Assembly: GCA_040954595.2 (NCBI GenBank)
Contig: CM082584.2
Coordinates: forward strand, 13,828,896 to 13,892,895
Length of the DNA stretch: 64,000 nt
Source of the DNA: Balanoglossus misakiensis
Taxonomy: Eukaryota > Animalia > Hemichordata
Direction: 5' to 3'
The position numbers and the translations under genes are program-made. Under the pieces are notes generated by a model, which was not told where the DNA came from, did not search any database, and was given only the letters and a program-made list of their open reading frames with translations. Positions within the stretch are counted from its first letter, which is position 1. Every line of letters starts with the position of its first letter. Below, piece by piece: positions 36,935-50,790 of this stretch.

Positions 36935-39900
36935 CAAATGATGCCAATGGTAGAAGTGGACAAGGAATTGGTCTTCCAGTCAGCCAATAAAGTACTTGCA
37001 TGATGATGGCAGATGAAGCAAGGTCAAGCATGAAAACTGATGTTTAATTTCTAAATGGTGCCAACGGTAGAAGTGGACAAGGACTTGGTCTTGCAGTCAG
37101 CCAATAAACAACTTGCATGATGGCAGATGAAGATATATGGATGTCAAATGAAGAAAACGTACAGGTTTGCAGTCAACAAGTGTATATAGTATTGGAACAA
37201 ATTCAAACTTAACTCGTTGAATCAATTTTATAAAATATGTCACAACTTTGTTCATTGATCATGGATATTTTTTTTTTCTGTTTTGTTAGAATATGGCGAA
37301 GAGTGCAGGCTGATGTTGTGTATCTGAATGTTGCCATTGGTAGAAGTGGACAAGGACTTGGTCTTGCTTTCACCCAATAAACTCTGTATGATAGCAGATG
37401 AAGATATTTGGATGTCAAATTAAGAAAACATGCAGGTTTGCAGTCAACATTTTAAGAGTGTATATAGTGTTGGAACAAATCCTAACTTAACTCATTGAAT
37501 CAATTTTATAATATATGTCACCACTTTGTTCATTGATCATGAATAATTTGTTTTCTGTTGTTTTGTTAGAATATGGCGAAGAGTGCAGGCTGATGTTGTG
37601 TATCTGAATGTTGCCATTGGTAGAAGTGGAAAAGGACTTGGTTTCCAAGACACCCAATAAACTACTTGCATGATGGCAGACGAAGATATTTGGATGTCAA
37701 ATTAAGAAAACATACAGGTTTGCAGTCAACATTTTAAGAGTGTATATAGTGTTGGAACAAATCCAAACTTAACTAATTGAATGAATTTTATAAAATATGT
37801 CACCACTTTGTTCATTGATCATGAATATTTTTTTTTCTGTTGTTTTGTTAGAATATGGCAAAGAGTGCAGGCTGATGTTGTGTATCTGAATGTTGCCAAT
37901 GGTAGAAGTGGACAAGGACTTGGTCTTCCAGTCAGCCAATAAAGTACTTGCATGATGGCAGATGAAGCAAGTTCAAGCATGAAGACTGATGTTTAATTTC
38001 TAAATGGTGCCAACAGTAGAAGTGGACAAGGACTTGGTCTTGCAGTCAGCCAATAAACATCCTGCATGATGGCAGATGAAGATATTTGGATGTCAAATAA
38101 AGAAAACATACAGGTTTGCAGTCAACATTTTAAGAGTGTATATAGTATTGGAACAAATCCAAATTTAACTCATCGAATCAATTTATACAATCTTTCGCCA
38201 ATTTGTTCATTAATCATGGATAATATTTTTCTGTTCTTTTGTTAGAATATGGCGAAGAGTGCAGGCTGATGTTGTGTATCTGAATGTTGCCATTGGTAGA
38301 AGTCGACAAGGACTTGGTCTTGCTTTCACTCAATAAACTCTGCATGATGGCAGATGAAGATATTTGGATGTCAAATAAAGAAAACATACAGGTTTGCAGT
38401 CAACATTTTAAGAGTGTATATAGTGTTGGAACAAATCCAAACTTAACTAATTGAATCAATTTTATAAAATATGTCACCACTTTGTTCATTGATCATGAAT
38501 AATTTTTTTTCTGTTGTTTTGTTAGAATATGGCAAAGAGTGCAGGCTGATGTTGTGTATCTGAATGTTGCTAATGGTAGAAGTGGACAAGGACTTGGTTT
38601 CCCAGTCACCCAATAAACTACTTGCATGATGGCAGATGAAGATATTTGGATGTCAAATAAAGAACACATGCAGGTTTGCAGTCAACATTTTAATAGTGTA
38701 TATAGTGTTGGAACAAATCCAAACTTAACTCATTGAATCAATTTTATAAAATATGTCACCGCTTTGTTCATTGATCATGAATAATTTTTTTCTGTTGTTT
38801 TGTTAGAATATGGCGAAGAGTGCAGGCTGATTTTGTGTATCTGAATGTTGCCAATGGTAGAAGTGGACAAGGACATGGTCTTCCAGTCAGCCAATAAAGT
38901 ACTTGCATGATGGCAGATGAAGCAAGTTCAAGCATGAAGACTGATGTTTAATTTCTAAATGGTGCCAACAGTAGAAGTGGACAAGGACTTGGTCTTGCAG
39001 TCAGCCAATAAACATCCTGCATGATGGCAGATGAAGATATTTGGATGTCAAATAAAGAAAACATACAGGTTTGCAGTCAACATTTTAAGAGTGTATATAG
39101 TATTGGAACAAATCCAAATTTAACTCATCGAATCAATTTATACAATCTTTCGCCAATTTGTTCATTAATCATGGATAATATTTTTCTGTTCTTTTGTTAG
39201 AATATGGCGAAGAGTGCAGGCTGATGTTGTGTATCTGAATGTTGCCATTGGTAGAAGTGGACAAGGACTTGGTCTTGCTTTCACTCAATAAACTCTGCAT
39301 GATGGCAGATGAAGATATTTGGATGTCAAATAAAGAAAACATACAGGTTTGCAGTCAACATTTTAAGAGTGTATATAGTGTTGGAACAAATCCAAACTTA
39401 ACTAATTGAATCAATTTTATAAAATATGTCACCACTTTGTTCATTGATCATGAATAATTTTTTTTCTGTTGTTTTGTTAGAATATGGCAAAGAGTGCAGG
39501 CTGATGTTGTGTATCTGAATGTTGCTAATGGTAGAAGTGGACAAGGACTTGGTTTCCCAGTCACCCAATAAACTACTTGCATGATGGCAGATGAAGATAT
39601 TTGGATGTCAAATAAAGAACACATGCAGGTTTGCAGTCAACATTTTAATAGTGTATATAGTGTTGGAACAAATCCAAACTTAACTAATTGAATCAATTTT
39701 ATAAAATATGTCACCACTTTGTTCATTGATCATGAATAATTTTGTTTCTGTTGTTTTGTTAGAATATGGCGAAGAGTGCAGGCTGATGTTGTGTATCTGA
39801 ATGTTGCCAATGGTAGAAGTGGACAAGAACTTGGTTTCCCAGTCACCCAATAAACTACTTGCATGATGGCAGATGAAGATATTTGGATGTCAAATAAAGA

Positions 39901-42900
39901 ACACATGCAGGTTTGCAGTCAACATTTTAAGAGTGAATATAGTGTTGGAACAAATCCAAACTTAACTCATTGAATCAATTTTATAATATATGTCACCACT
40001 TTGTTCATTGATCATGAATATTTTTTTTTCTGTTGTTTTTTTAGAATATGGCAAAGAGTGCAGGCCGATGTTGTGTATCTCAATGTTTCCATTGATAGAA
40101 GTGGACAAGGACTTGGTTTCCCAGTCACCCAATAAACTACTTGCATGATGGCAGATGATGATATTTATTTGAATGTCAAATAAAGAAAACATACAGGTTT
40201 GCAGTCAACATTTTAAGAGTGTATATAGTGTTGGAACAAATCCAAACTTAACTAATTGAATCAATTTTATAAAATATGTCACCACTTTGTTCATTGATCA
40301 TGAATATTTTTTTTTCTGTTGTTTTGTTAGAATATGGCGAAGAGTGCAGGCTGATGTTGTGTATCTGAATGTTGCCAATGGTAGAAGTGGACAAGGACTT
40401 GGTCTTCCAGTCAGCCAATAAAGTACTTGCATGATGGCAAATGAAGCAAGGTCAAGCATGAAGACTAATGTTTAATTTCTAAATGGTGCCAATGGTTGAA
40501 GTGGACAAGGACTTGGTCTTGCAGTCAGCCAATAAACAACTTACATGATGGCAGATGAAGATATATGGATGTCAAATAAAGAAAACGTACAGGTTTGCAG
40601 TCAACAAGTGTATATAGTATTGGAACAAATTCAAACTTAACTCATTGAATCAATTTTTTAAAATATGTCACCACTTTGTTCATTGATCATGGATATTTTT
40701 GTTCTGTTTTGTTAGAATATGCCGAAGAGTGCAGGCTGATGTTGTGCATCTGAATGTTGCCATTGGTAGAAGTGGACAAGGACTTGGTCTTGCTTTCACC
40801 CAATAAACTCTGTATGATAGCAGATGAAGATATTTGGATGTCAAATAAAGAAAACATACAGGTTTGCAGTCAACATTTTAAGAGTGTATATAGTGTTGGA
40901 ACAAATCCAAGCTTAACTCATTGAATCAATTTCATAAAAAATGTCACCACTTTGTTCATTGATCTTGAATATTTTTTTCTGTTGTTTTGTCAGAATATGG
41001 CGAAGAGTGCAGGCTGATGTTGTGTATCTGAATGTTGCCATTGGTAGAAGTGGACAAGGACATGGTTTCCCAGTCACCCAATAAACTACTTGCATGATGG
41101 CAGATGAAGATATTTGGATGTCAAATAAAGAACACATACAGGTTTGCAGTCAACATTTTAAGAGTGTACATAGTATTGGAACAAATCCAAACTTAACTCA
41201 TTGCATTAATTTTATAAAATATGTCACCACTTTGTTCATTGATCATGAATAATTTTTTTCTGTTGTTTTGTTAGAATATGGCAAAGAGTGCAGGCTGATG
41301 TTGTGTATCTGAATGTTGCCATTGGTAGGAGTGGACAAGGACTTGGTTTCCCAGTAACCCAATAAACTACTTGCATGATGGCAGATGAAGCAAGGTCAAG
41401 CATGAAGACTGATGTTTAATTTCTAAATGGTGCCAACGGTAGAAGTGGACAAGGACTTGGTCTTGCAGTCAGCCAATAAACAACCTGCATGATGGCAGAT
41501 GAAGATATTTGGATGTCAAATAAAGAAAACATACAGGTTTGCAGTCAACATTTTAAGAGTGTATATAGTATTGGAACAAATCCAAATTCAACTCATCGAA
41601 TCAATTTATACAATCTTTCGCCAATTTGTTCATTAATCATGTATAATATTTTTCTGTTCTTTTGTTAGAATATGGCGAAGAGTGCAGGCTGATGTTGTGT
41701 ATCTGAATGTTGCCATTGGTAGAAGTGGACAAGGACTTGGTCTTGCTTTCACTCAATAAACTCTGCATGATGGCAGATGAAGATATTTGGATGTCAAATA
41801 AAGAAAACATACAGGTTTGCAGTCAACATTTTAAGAGTGTATATAGTGTTGGAACAAATCCAAACTTAACTAATTGAATCAATTTTATAAAATATGTCAC
41901 CACTTTGTTCATTGATCATGAATAATTTTTTTTCTGTTGTTTTGTTAGAATATGGCAAAGAGTGCAGGCTGATGTTGTGTATCTGAATGTTGCTAATGGT
42001 AGAAGTGGACAAGGACTTGGTTTCCCAGTCACCCAATAAACTACTTGCATGATGGCAGATGAAGATATTTGGATGTCAAATAAAGAACACATGCAGGTTT
42101 GCAGTCAACATTTTAATAGTGTATATAGTGTTGGAACAAATCCAAACTTAACTAATTGAATCAATTTTATAAAATATGTCACCACTTTGTTCATTGATCA
42201 TGAATAATTTTTTTTCTGTTGTTTTGTTAGAATATGGTGAAGAGTGCAGGCTGATGTTGTGTATCTGAATGTTGCCAATGGTAGAAGTGGACAAGAACTT
42301 GGTTTCCCAGTCACCCAATAAACTACTTGCATGATGGCAGATGAAGATATTTGGATGTCAAATAAAGAACACATGCAGGTTTGCAGTCAACATTTTAATA
42401 GTGTATATAGTGTTGGAACAAATCCAAACTTAACTAATTGAATCAATTTTATAAAATATGTCACCACTTTGTTCATTGATCATGAATAATTTGTTTTCTG
42501 TTGTTTTGTTAGAATATGGCGAAGAGTGCAGGCTGATGTTGTGTATCTGAATGTTGCCATTGGTAGAAGTGGAAAAGGACTTGGTTTCCAAGACACCCAA
42601 TAAACTACTTGCATGATGGCAGACGAAGATATTTGGATGTCAAATTAAGAAAACATACAGGTTTGCAGTCAACATTTTAAGAGTGTATATAGTGTTGGAA
42701 CAAATCCAAACTTAACTAATTGAATGAATTTTATAAAATATGTCACCACTTTGTTCATTGATCATGAATATTTTTTTTTCTGTTGTTTTGTTAGAATATG
42801 GCAAAGAGTGCAGGCTGATGTTGTGTATCTGAATGTTGCCAATGGTAGAAGTGGACAAGGACTTGGTCTTCCAGTCAGCCAATAAACTACTTGCATGATG

Positions 42901-45900
42901 GCAAATGAAGCAAGGTCAAGCATGAAGACTGATGTTTAATTTCTAAATGGTGCCAACGGTAGAAGTGGACAAGGACTTGGTCTTGCTTTCACCCAATAAA
43001 CAACTTACATGATGGCAGATGAAGATATATGGATGTCAAATAAAGAAAACGTACAGGTTTGCAGTCAACAAGTGTATACATTATTGGAACAAATTCAAAC
43101 TTAACTAATTGAATCAATTTTCTAAAATATGTCACCACTTTGTTCATTGATCATGGATATTTTTTTTCTGTTGTTTGGTTAGAATATGGCGAAGAGTGCA
43201 GGCTGATGTTGTGTATCTGAATGTTGCCATTGGTAGAAGTGGACAAGGACTTGGTTTCCCAGTCACCCAATAAACTACTTGCATGATGGCAGATGAAGAT
43301 ATTTGAATGTCAAATAAAGAACACATGCAGGTTTGCAGTCAACATTTTAATAGTGTACATAGTGTTGGAACAAATCCAAACTTAACTAATTGAATCAATT
43401 TTATAAAATATGTCACCACTTTGTTCATTGATCATGAATAATTTTTTTTTCTGTTGTTTTGTTAGAATATGGCGAAGAGTGCAGGCTGATGTTGTGTATC
43501 TGAATGTTGCCATTGGTAGAAGTGGACAAGGACTTGGTTTCCCAGACACCCAATAAACTACTTGCATGATGGCAGATGAAGATATTTGGATGTCAAATTA
43601 AGAAAACATACAGGTTTGCAGTCAACATTTTAAGAGTGTATATAGTGTTGGAACAAATCCAAGCTTAACTCATTGAATCAATTTTATAAAATATGTCACC
43701 ACTTTGTTCATTGATCATGAATAATTTTTTTCTGTTGTTTTGTTAGAATATGGCGAAGAGTGCAGGCTGATTTTGTGTATCTGAATGTTGCCAATGGTAG
43801 AAGTGGACAAGGACATTGTCTTCCAGTCAGCCAATAAAGTACTTGCATGATGGCAGATGAAGCAAGTTCAAGCATGAAGACTGATGTTTAATTTCTAAAT
43901 GGTGCCAACAGTAGAAGTGGACAAGGACTTGGTCTTGCAGTCAGCCAATAAACATCCTGCATGATGGCAGATGAAGATATTTGGATGTCAAATAAAGAAA
44001 ACATACAGGTTTGCAGTCAACATTTTAAGAGTGTATATAGTATTGGAACAAATCCAAATTTAACTCATCGAATCAATTTATACAATCTTTCGCCAATTTG
44101 TTCATTAATCATGGATAATATTTTTCTGTTCTTTTGTTAGAATATGGCGAAGAGTGCAGGCTGATGTTGTGTATCTGAATGTTGCCATTGGTAGAAGTCG
44201 ACAAGGACTTGGTCTTGCTTTCACTCAATAAACTCTGCATGATGGCAGATGAAGATATTTGGATGTCAAATAAAGAACACATGCAGGTTTGCAGTCAACA
44301 TTTTAAGAGTGAATATAGTGTTGGAACAAATCCAAACTTAACTCATTGAATCAATTTTATAATATATGTCACCACTTTGTTCATTGATCATGAATATTTT
44401 TTTTCTGTTGTTTTTTTAGAATATGGCAAAGAGTGCAGGCCGATGTTGTGTATCTCAATGTTTCCATTGATAGAAGTGGACAAGGACTTTGTTTCCCAGT
44501 CACCCAATAAACTACTTGCATGATGGCAGATGATGATATTTATTTGAATGTCAAATAAAGAAAACATACAGGTTTGCAGTCAACATTTTAAGAGTGTATA
44601 TAGTGTTGGAACAAATCCAAACTTAACTAATTGAATCAATTTTATAAAATATGTCACCACTTTGTTCATTGATCATGAATATTTTTTTTTTCTGTTGTTT
44701 TGTTAGAATATGGCGAAGAGTGCAGGCTGATGTTGTGTATCTGAATGTTGCCAATGGTAGAAGTGGACAAGGACTTGGTCTTCCAGTCAGCCAATAAAGT
44801 ACTTGCATGATGGCAAATGAAGCAAGGTCAAGCATGAAGACTGATGTTTCATTTCTAAATGGTGCCAATGGTAGAAGTGGACAAGGACTTGGTCTTGCAG
44901 TCAGCCAATAAACAACTTACATGATGGCAGATGAAGTTATATGGATGTCAAATAAAGAAAACGTACAGGTTTGCAGTCAACAAGTGTATATAGTATTGGA
45001 ACAAATTCAAACTTAACTCATTGAATCAATTTTTTAAAATATGTCACCACTTTGTTCATTGATCATGGATATTTTTGTTCTGTTTTGTTAGAATATGCCG
45101 AAGAGTGCAGGCTGATGTTGTGCATCTGAATGTTGCCATTGGTAGAAGTGGACAAGGACTTGGTCTTGCTTTCACCCAATAAACTCTGTATGATAGCAGA
45201 TGAAGATATTTGGATGTCAAATAAAGAAAACATACAGATACAAGGACTTGGTCTTGCTTTCACTCAATAAACTCTGCATGATGGCAGATGAAGATATTTG
45301 GATGTCAAATAAAGAAAACATACAGGTTTGCAGTCAACATTTTAAGAGTGTATATAGTGTTGGAACAAATCCAAACTTAACTAATTGAATCAATTTTATA
45401 AAATATGTCACCACTTTGTTCATTGATCATGAATAATTTTTTTTCTGTTGTTTTGTTAGAATATGGCAAAGAGTGCAGGCTGATGTTGTGTATCTGAATG
45501 TTGCTAATGGTAGAAGTGGACAAGGACTTGGTTTCCCAGTCACCCAATAAACTACTTGCATGATGGCAGATGAAGATATTTGGATGTCAAATAAAGAACA
45601 CATGCAGGTTTGCAGTCAACATTTTAATAGTGTATATAGTGTTGGAACAAATCCAAACTTAACTAATTGAATCAATTTTATAAAATATGTCACCACTTTG
45701 TTCATTGATCATGAATAATTTTTTTTCTGTTGTTTTGTTAGAATATGGTGATGAGTGCAGGCTGATGTTGTGTATCTGAATGTTGCCAATGGTAGAAGTG
45801 GACAAGAACTTGGTTTCCCAGTCACCCAATAAACTACTTGCATGATGGCAGATGAAGATATTTGGATGTCAAATAAAGAACACATGCAGGTTTGCAGTCA

Positions 45901-48900
45901 ACATTTTAAGAGTGAATATAGTGTTGGAACAAATCCAAACTTAACTCATTGAATCAATTTTATAATATATGTCACCACTTTGTTCATTGATCATGAATAT
46001 TTTTTTTCTGTTGTTTTTTTAGAATATGGCAAAGAGTGCAGGCCGATGTTGTGTATCTCAATGTTTCCATTGATAGAAGTGGACAAGGACTTTGTTTCCC
46101 AGTCACCCAATAAACTACTTGCATGATGGCAGATGATGATATTTATTTGAATGTCAAATAAAGAAAACATACAGGTTTGCAGTCAACATTTTAAGAGTGT
46201 ATATAGTGTTGGAACAAATCCAAACTTAACTAATTGAATCAATTTTATAAAATATGTCACCACTTTGTTCATTGATCATGAATATTTTTTTTTTCTGTTG
46301 TTTTGTTAGAATATGGCGAAGAGTGCAGGCTGATGTTGTGTATCTGAATGTTGCCAATGGTAGAAGTGGACAAGGACTTGGTCTTCCAGTCAGCCAATAA
46401 AGTACTTGCATGATGGCAAATGAAGCAAGGTCAAGCATGAAGACTGATGTTTCATTTCTAAATGGTGCCAATGGTAGAAGTGGACAAGGACTTGGTCTTG
46501 CAGTCAGCCAATAAACAACTTACATGATGGCAGATGAAGATATATGGATGTCAAATAAAGAAAACGTACAGGTTTGCAGTCAACAAGTGTATATAGTATT
46601 GGAACAAATTCAAACTTAACTCATTGAATCAATTTTTTAAAATATGTCACCACTTTGTTCATTGATCATGGATATTTTTGTTCTGTTTTGTTAGAATATG
46701 CCGAAGAGTGCAGGCTGATGTTGTGCATCTGAATGTTGCCATTGGTAGAAGTGGACAAGGACTTGGTCTTGCTTTCACCCAATAAACTCTGTATGATAGC
46801 AGATGAAGATATTTGGATGTCAAATAAAGAAAACATACAGGTTTGCAGTCAACATTTTAAGAGTGTATATAGTGTTGGAACAAATCCAAGCTTAACTCAT
46901 TGAATCAATTTCATAAAAAATGTCACCACTTTGTTCATTGATCTTGAATATTTTTTTCTGTTGTTTTGTCAGAATATGGCGAAGAGTGCAGGCTGATGTT
47001 GTGTATCTGAATGTTGCCATTGGTAGAAGTGGACAAGGACATGGTTTCCCAGTCACCCAATAAACTACTTGCATGATGGCAGATGAAGATATTTGGATGT
47101 CAAATAAAGAACACATACAGGTTTGCAGTCAACATTTTAAGAGTGTACATAGTATTGGAACAAATCCAAACTTAACTCATTGAATCAATTTTATAAAATA
47201 TGTCACCACTTTGTTCAATGATCATGAATACTTTTTTTTCTGTTGTTTTGTTAGAATATGGCGAAGAGTGCAGGCTGATGTTGTGTATCTGAATGTTGCC
47301 AATGGTAGAAGTGGACAAGGACATGGTCTTCCAGTCAGCCAATAAAGTACTTGCATGATGGCAGATGAAGCAAGTTCAAGCATGAAGACTGATGTTTAAT
47401 TTCTAAATGGTGCCAACGGTAGAAGTGGACAAGGACTTGGTCTTGCAGTCAGCCAATAAACAACCTGCATGATGGCAGATGAAGATATTTGGATGTCAAA
47501 TAAAGAAAACATACAGGTTTGCAGTCAACATTTTAAGAGTGTATATAGTATTGGAACAAATCCAAATTTAACTCATCGAATCAATTTATACAATCTTTCG
47601 CCAATTTGTTCATTAATCATGGATAATATTTTTCTGTTCTTTTGTTAGAATATGGCGAAGAGTGCAGACTGATGTTATGTATCTGAATGTTGCCATTGGT
47701 AGAAGTGGACAAGGACTTGGTCTTGCTTTCACTCAATAAACTCTGCATGATGGCAGATGAAGATATTTGGATGTCAAATAAAGAAAACATACAGGTTTGC
47801 AGTCAACATTTTAAGAGTGTATATAGTGTTGGAACAAATCGAAACTTAACTCATTGAATCAATTTTATAAAATATGTCACCACTTTGTTCATTGATCATG
47901 AATAATTTTTTTCTGTTGTTTTGTTAGAATATGGCAAAGAGTGCAGGCTGATGTTGTGTATCTGAATGTTGCCATTGGTAGGAGTGGACAAGGACTTGGT
48001 TTCCCAGTCACCCAATTAACTACTTGCATGATGGCAGATGAAGATATTTGGATGTCAAATAAAGAAAACATACAGGTTTGCAGTCAACATTTTAAGAGTG
48101 TATATAGTGTTGGAACAAATCGAAACTTAACTCATTGAATAAATTTTATAAAATATGTCACCACTTTGTTCATTGATCATGAATAATTTTTTTCTGTTGT
48201 TTTGTTAGAATATGGCAAAGAGTGCAGGCTGATGTTGTGTATCTGAATGTTGCCATTGGTAGGAGTGGACAAGGACTTGGTTTTCCAGTCACCCAATTAA
48301 CTACTTGCATGATGGCAGATGAAGATATTTGGATGTCAAATAAAGAAAACATACAGGTTTGCAGTCAACATTTTAAGAGTGTACATAGTATTGGAACAAA
48401 TCCAAGCTTAACTCATTGCATTAATTTTATAAAATATGTCACCACTTTGTTCATTGATCATGAATAATTTTTTTCTGTTGTTTTGTTAGAATATGGCAAA
48501 GAGTGCAGGCTGATGTTGTGTATCTGAATGTTGCCATTGGTAGGAGTGGACAAGGACTTGGTTTCCCAGTAACCCAATAAACTACTTGCATGATGGCAGA
48601 TGAAGCAAGGTCAAGCATGAAGACTGATGTTTAATTTCTAAATGGTGCCAACGGTAGAAGTGGACAAGGACTTGGTCTTGCAGTCAGCCAATAAACAACC
48701 TGCATGATGGCAGATGAAGATATTTGGATGTCAAATAAAGAAAACATACAGGTTTGCAGTCAACATTTTAAGAGTGTATATAGTATTGGAACAAATCCAA
48801 ATTCAACTCATCGAATCAATTTATACAATCTTTCGCCAATTTGTTCATTAATCATGTATAATATTTTTCTGTTCTTTTGTTAGAATATGGCGAAGAGTGC

Positions 48901-50790
48901 AGGCTGATGTTGTGTATCTGAATGTTGCCATTGGTAGAAGTGGACAAGGACTTGGTCTTGCTTTCACTCAATAAACTCTGCATGATGGCAGATGAAGATA
49001 TTTGGATGTCAAATAAAGAACACATGCAGGTTTGCAGTCAACATTTTAAGAGTGTATATAGTGTTGGAACAAATCCAAACTCAACTCATTGAATCAATTT
49101 TATAAAATATGTCACCACTTTGTTCATTGATCATGAATAATTTTTTTTCTGTTGTTTTGTTAGAATATGGCAAAGAGTGCAGGCTGATGTTGTGTATCTG
49201 AATGTTGCCATTGGTAGAAGTGGACATGGACATGGTCTTCCAGTCACCCAATAAACTACTTGCATGATGGCAGGTGAAGATATTTGGATGTCAAATAAAG
49301 AACACATACAGGTTTGCAGTCAACATTTTAAGAGTGTATATAGTGTTGGAACAAATCAAAACTTAACTCATTGAATCAATTTTATAAAATATGTCACCAC
49401 TTTGTTCATTGATCATGAATAATTTTTTTTATGTTGTTTAGTTAGAATATGGCGAAGAGTTCAGGGTGATGTTGTGTATCTGAATGTTGCCAATGGTAGA
49501 AGTGGACAAGGACATGGTCTTCCAGTCAGCCAATAAAGTACTTGCATGATGGGAGATGAAGCAAGGTCAAGCATGAAGACTGATGTTTAATTTCTAAATG
49601 GTGCCAACGGTAGAACTGGACAAGGACTTGGTCTTGCAGTCAGCCAATAAACATCCTGCATGATGGCAGATGAAGATATTTGGATGTCAAATAAAGAAAA
49701 CATACAGGTTTGTAGTCAACATTTTAAGAGTGTATATATTATTGGAACAAATCCAAATTTAACTCATCGAATCAATTTATACAATCTTTCGCCAATTTGT
49801 TCATTAATCATGGATAATATTTTTCTGTTCTTTTGTTAGAATATGGCGAAGAGTGCAGGCTGATGTTGTGTATCTGAATGTTGCCATTGGTAGAAGTGGA
49901 CAAGGACTTGGTCTTGCTTTCACTCAATAAACTCTGCATGATGGCAGATGAAGATACTTGGATGTCAAATAAAGAACACATACAGGTTTGCAGTCAACAT
50001 TTTAAGAGTGTATATAGTGTTGGAACAAATCCAAACTTAACTCATTGAATCAATTTTATAAAATATGTCACCACTTTGTTCATTGATCATGAATAATTTT
50101 GTTTCTGTTGTTTTGTTAGAATATGGCAAAGAGTGCAGGCTGATGTTGTGTATCTGAATGTTGCCATTGGTAGAAGTGGACAAGGGCTAGGTCTTGCTTT
50201 CACCCAATAAACTCTGCATGATGGCAGATGAAGATATTTGGATTTCAAATAAAGAAAACATACAGGTTTGCAGTCAACATTTTAAGAGTGTATATAGTAT
50301 TGGAACAAATCTAAATTTAACTAATTGAATCAATTTATACTATCTTTCGCCAATTTGTTCATTAATCATGGATAACATTTTTCTGTTCTTTTGTTAGAAT
50401 ATGGCGAAGAGTGCAGGCTGATGTTGTGTATCTGAATGTTGCCATTGTTAGAAGTGGACAAGGACTTGGTCTTGCAATCACCCCATAAACTATTTGCATG
50501 ATGGCAGATGAACATATCTGGTTTTCAAATGAAGAAAATATAAAGGTTTGTAGTCAATATTTTAAGAGTGTGTGTAGTATTGGAACACATCCAAATTTAA
50601 CTTAAGCTGAATGAATCAATGCTATAAAACGTGTCCCCACTTCATTCATTAAACGCGAATCTATTTTTTCTGTTTCTTTTTTAGCTCAAGCTGAAGTGTG
50701 AAGACTGGTGATTTTCCAAATGATGATGATGGTAGAAATGGACAAGGACTTGGTCTACCAGCAACCCAATGAAATACTTGCATCTTGGCA
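36935..50790 (+). repeat. AT-rich composite satellite of roughly 44 ~281-bp units interspersed with 12 114-bp units
   Basis: The anchor GGTAGAAGTGGACAAGGACTTGG recurs every ~281 bp. Short units containing GAAGCAAG.TCAAGCATGAAGACTGATG start near 36950, 37901, 38858, 40380, 41323, 42843, 43796, 44756, 46359, 47304, 48539 and 49495. Confidence 0.95.

Noticed and set aside
45200-48467. VCSQHF peptide in satellite frames resembling the THAP-domain CSxHF motif
   Set aside because: The N-terminal CxxxxC, the FP motif and the C-terminal AVP motif are absent. A short match inside a repeat is not sufficient.
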